IMG/VR virus record: IMGVR_UViG_3300010354_000110
Coordinates: 1-56,541 of that record
Length of the DNA stretch: 56,541 nt
Reading direction: 5' to 3' (one strand)
From: a virus
Lineage: Duplodnaviria > Caudoviricetes
Positions 53,561 through 56,541 of this stretch are shown here, in pieces (the stretch's first letter is position 1; the number at the start of each line of letters is the position of its first letter). The translations under genes were made by a program, and so were the position numbers. The notes below the pieces were generated by a model that was not told where the DNA came from, did not search any database, and saw only the letters and a list, made by a program, of their open reading frames with translations.

Positions 53561-54114
53561 CGCTGGGACTTTGTATCGATAGGTACGCGATCTTTGCATG
53601 TTGTGCACGGCACAGCCCTCGGAGATTGTTTGCCTGTGTCCAGGTTGACCTTGCCCTTGCCAGCAATCTCCCGACTGGCAACTGAGCACTCACAATCAAA
53701 GAGGCGACAACGAAAGATAGGCACTTGTGGCTTTCCTGTCAAGGCTTGGCAAGGAGCACACCCGGCCAGTCGAACTGGCTCGAATGAGCGGTGGACACAA
53801 GAATACCGCAGTTCCAGGTCAATGTTCGTCAGATTTTTTCCAAAAGACAGAAGAACCGACAGAATCCTGCCCTTTTGCATGGTGGTGTACTCCTTGGACA
53901 GCCTCTCAGTCAAGGCGGCTGAAGGGGACTCAAGGACCACTGTGGTCGCATGATTCTCACAGACTGACCACAGGGTGTCATCAATCTTCCCGATGATGCA
54001 GTCATAGTGGACAGACCAGTCTGGTTCGGTATCGACAGAGAACACCCTACCGTACCTCTTCAACTCTGTTGCGATAAAGTCAATGCTTTTCGAGTTAATC
54101 TCCAGAATTCTCAT
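53557..54114 (-). CDS. hypothetical protein with Cys-rich C-terminal domain
   Basis: CVHR..GCAPC..FRCRLFDCEC..CTTC; GGAG RBS before MRILEIN. Confidence 0.6.
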   Translation of the reverse strand: MRILEINSKSIDFIATELKRYGRVFSVDTEPDWSVHYDCIIGKIDDTLWSVCENHATTVVLESPSAALTERLSKEYTTMQKGRILSVLLSFGKNLTNIDLELRYSCVHRSFEPVRLAGCAPCQALTGKPQVPIFRCRLFDCECSVASREIAGKGKVNLDTGKQSPRAVPCTTCKDRVPIDTKSQR

Positions 54115-54298
54115 TGACTTCTCCAGACCATCCAATAGGTGTTCCTGAAACCTGCCCAAAAACAAACAGCAACTCCTGCTGAGAAAGTCCACTGGTTTCA
54201 GAGAACTCTTCAACTACTGGAATGCGATTCAATCTGTTTCTGTGCTGTGCAATTCGATCTCGGTCTTGTTGATCCATGATTTCCCTTAACAGTGCCAC
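54095..54298 (-). CDS. hypothetical protein
   Basis: Fills the gap between coupled genes. Confidence 0.5.
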   Translation of the reverse strand: MALLREIMDQQDRDRIAQHRNRLNRIPVVEEFSETSGLSQQELLFVFGQVSGTPIGWSGEVNENSGD

Positions 54299-55221
54299 AC
54301 TGGGCGACCAACCAGTTTCTCAATAGCAGCAGACTGCACCGCATCGGACTCCAGCATTGCAATGGAATGGTCGAGACCCCGTGGCACAGATGCCATAAGC
54401 CCTCTGCAAATTTTCGCCTTGTGTTGTACAATAGAGTCAAAAGTCCTGCTGCCGTCTGCATGCATTTTCAGGTCAACATTCACTCCGTATCGCTCCAACC
54501 AGCGAACAGTCTCATATCGCCACTTCTCCCGTCTTCCGGTTGCAATCATTACCCGTGATCTTCGTGGCAAGCACTTAGGCTTAACTGATCTAATCCAGTC
54601 TAGGTATCTCGGACCGTCATCATCACACTCAGCAGGACAATCCTCACAGATCAGTCCGTCCATGTCCCAAACGATCCTTCCACTGTACGTGCTGTTACCA
54701 ACATTCCATTCAAGGACATGGGGATTATTGAGATACTGTGCGAAGTGGTCAGCTTTAACAGCGGCTTTGGGATGCTGATAAACAGCACATGTACTGACCT
54801 TTTCACAGTATTTGCCAACAATGCTCAGTGACTTCTGCATAGAATCGCCACTGCATACTGTGTCGTCGATCAATACTGTCTTACCAAGAGCAGTTGATCT
54901 ACCTTTAAGACGGAATCCATGACCAGCATGAACAATATCTCCGGTAGATTGCCGAAGAATATACAATGGAAGATGAAGCATCTGAGCAATCGTAGCCGCA
55001 GGTGCAAGTCCTGATCTAGCCACACCGACCACAGAGTCGTATCCTGCGAGTTCTGGTACAAGACTCAGGGAATCCTGAATGAGTTCCTGAGTAGTGATCC
55101 ATTGCCGCCTGGATAGTGATACAGTCGGGTGATTGTCCACCGATTCTTCCTCTCCTCGGAGTCTTTTACGGTGAGACCTGATTCTCTCCATTGCCTGCTT
55201 ATCAGTTGTTGGTGTAGACAT
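54286..55221 (-). CDS. phosphoribosyltransferase fused to a HAD-like domain
   Basis: VVGVARSGL and VLIDDTVCSGDSM (PRPP-binding loop); WDMDGLIC, IATGR, MLESD (HAD motifs). Confidence 0.82.
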   Translation of the reverse strand: MSTPTTDKQAMERIRSHRKRLRGEEESVDNHPTVSLSRRQWITTQELIQDSLSLVPELAGYDSVVGVARSGLAPAATIAQMLHLPLYILRQSTGDIVHAGHGFRLKGRSTALGKTVLIDDTVCSGDSMQKSLSIVGKYCEKVSTCAVYQHPKAAVKADHFAQYLNNPHVLEWNVGNSTYSGRIVWDMDGLICEDCPAECDDDGPRYLDWIRSVKPKCLPRRSRVMIATGRREKWRYETVRWLERYGVNVDLKMHADGSRTFDSIVQHKAKICRGLMASVPRGLDHSIAMLESDAVQSAAIEKLVGRPVWHC

Positions 55222-56428
55222 CGAGGATAACATTTCCAGAACCAGAACAAAGAGGAGCGATGAATGCTGACGATGTATAGGTGGCAGTATCTGCTACGTT
55301 GTCTGTGACATCACATGTAAGTGAAACAGTCTGAGTGTCATCAATGATACCGCCTCCCATTGTGATCTTTACTCTTCGAGAGAGGTTTCCGCTATCGCAG
55401 AAGTACCACACTTCTAGAAGGAAGCAAGAAGACCCGAGCGGATCACCAATCGAACCATAGAACCAACTATTACCTGAGTCATAGGTAATATTGAAGTCTC
55501 CATTAAGACAGGGGCAATCTCCAGTGACAGTTCCAAACAACGCTGAAGCGTTTACCGTAGCCCCACCATCGCAAGAGTTAGCAAGACAGACAGGGAAGCA
55601 GGTGTATGCTGGGCATGCTGGCGGAGTCGTGGTGTCGCACGAAGTGACTCGAATAATCGATACTGGATAATCCGGTACTCCATAACGAGAACTGAGCAGC
55701 ATGGTGTAATCATCTGAAGCCCATGCACCATCGTTATAATCTACTACCAGTGTTCCAGATACATATATTCCAGCAGTGGTCCGAAGAAAAGCAAATAGAG
55801 TCACCTTGTCTGTATATATATTGTAGGTCCACCTGATGGCAGCACCCAGTCCAGCATAAGGATAGCATTCTGCTCCACAAAGCAAAGTTCCTGTTGACCG
55901 AGTAATAGCACCAGTGTAATCCCTGAGTTCATAGAACACCTCTGTCAAGGGCCACTCAGGAAACGGCGACTGCGGATCAGCACAGACCTCGATAGTATAA
56001 GTGACTCCAGAAAGAGTGAACACAATGGGTGATAGGTACCATGTACTGAGGTCTAGCCCATTAACAGTGTGATTAACTGGAGGAACGTAGTTGCCATCTC
56101 CGTCAAACGTAGAATATAGTTCCAGTGAAAGTGATACTGTACCATCAGACTGGATTCCCCAGTTGATTCTAAATGATGGAAGCCTATCGACAAGACCCCC
56201 GGTATCGCAAATAGCCAGACTACCAACAAGGCCGCACGCGTTGGTGTGAAAGTACGGAGAATCAAAGTAATCGCAGTCAGTGTCCGGATCAGCTCGTTGT
56301 GCGTATGCAGATATTTTGTGAGACCATGTGCTCACTTCCAATGTCAAGCAACAGATATTCACTGTCCCGTCTGCACATGTGTACGCCTTAGGCTCACAAC
56401 AGCAGTTCTTATTGTTCCAGCCAGACAT
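55202..56428 (-). CDS. Cys-rich, acidic, beta-rich protein; putative virion/tail protein
   Basis: 408 aa, starts NCCCE, Thr/Ser/Gly/Cys-rich. Confidence 0.55.
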   Translation of the reverse strand: MSGWNNKNCCCEPKAYTCADGTVNICCLTLEVSTWSHKISAYAQRADPDTDCDYFDSPYFHTNACGLVGSLAICDTGGLVDRLPSFRINWGIQSDGTVSLSLELYSTFDGDGNYVPPVNHTVNGLDLSTWYLSPIVFTLSGVTYTIEVCADPQSPFPEWPLTEVFYELRDYTGAITRSTGTLLCGAECYPYAGLGAAIRWTYNIYTDKVTLFAFLRTTAGIYVSGTLVVDYNDGAWASDDYTMLLSSRYGVPDYPVSIIRVTSCDTTTPPACPAYTCFPVCLANSCDGGATVNASALFGTVTGDCPCLNGDFNITYDSGNSWFYGSIGDPLGSSCFLLEVWYFCDSGNLSRRVKITMGGGIIDDTQTVSLTCDVTDNVADTATYTSSAFIAPLCSGSGNVILDVYTNN

Positions 56429-56437
56429 AGTACACCT

Positions 56438-56541
56438 TTAAGGACAAGAAAGACCTGTCATAAACCACTTACAGCCATCCACATCATGGTCAGCGTACCG
56501 ACGCATGAACACAGCTATTCCAGTTCTTCCTACAACCTCTG
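56438..56541 (-). CDS. 3' end of a gene truncated by the window edge
   Basis: EVVGRTGIAVFMRRYADHDVDGCKWFMTGLSCP*. Confidence 0.5.
   Translation of the reverse strand, partial: EVVGRTGIAVFMRRYADHDVDGCKWFMTGLSCP

Noticed and set aside
1-56541. Alternative genetic code (stop-codon reassignment)
   Set aside because: Core genes are full-length under the standard code, with TAA, TAG and TGA all used as stops in coupled operons.

Overview
This window looks like a large part of a tailed dsDNA bacteriophage genome; no host core genes are visible. A Planctomycetota-like host is a weak inference only. There are four transcription blocks. (1) + strand, 1-17.1 kb: nucleotide metabolism, two DNA methyltransferases, terminase, portal, ThyX, RuvC and family A DNA polymerase. 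(2) - strand, 17.2-22.9 kb: small hypothetical genes. (3) + strand, 23.9-37.2 kb: early/accessory genes, including two ECF-sigma-like proteins, Cys-rich paralogs, an M20/M28 peptidase with RanBP2-type zinc fingers, a serine recombinase and a tRNA. (4) - strand, 37.2-56.5 kb: a protease-containing putative lysis cassette, AEP primase-DnaB helicase, an exonuclease/Sak4/SSB module, tRNA-like RNAs and glyco/PRTase genes. Seven intact HNH endonuclease genes and one degenerate one are scattered throughout. The most striking locus is 34.0-35.4 kb: a stand-alone Cas7/RAMP-like gene flanked on both sides by non-coding arrays of 13-14 pentamers of form NN-GGY (variable dinucleotide plus constant GGY). 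Each array ends in AAGGG and a 4-bp hairpin. I read this as a candidate RNA-guided system whose guide information sits in the interspersed NN dinucleotides. Other notable items: a two-member family of tRNA-like RNAs with covarying stems, four dispersed ~95-bp imperfect palindromes, a strongly over-represented GACCACA heptamer, and a circularly permuted PD-(D/E)xK exonuclease with a probable ATT start. All protein calls come from motif recognition by eye; no database searches were run.
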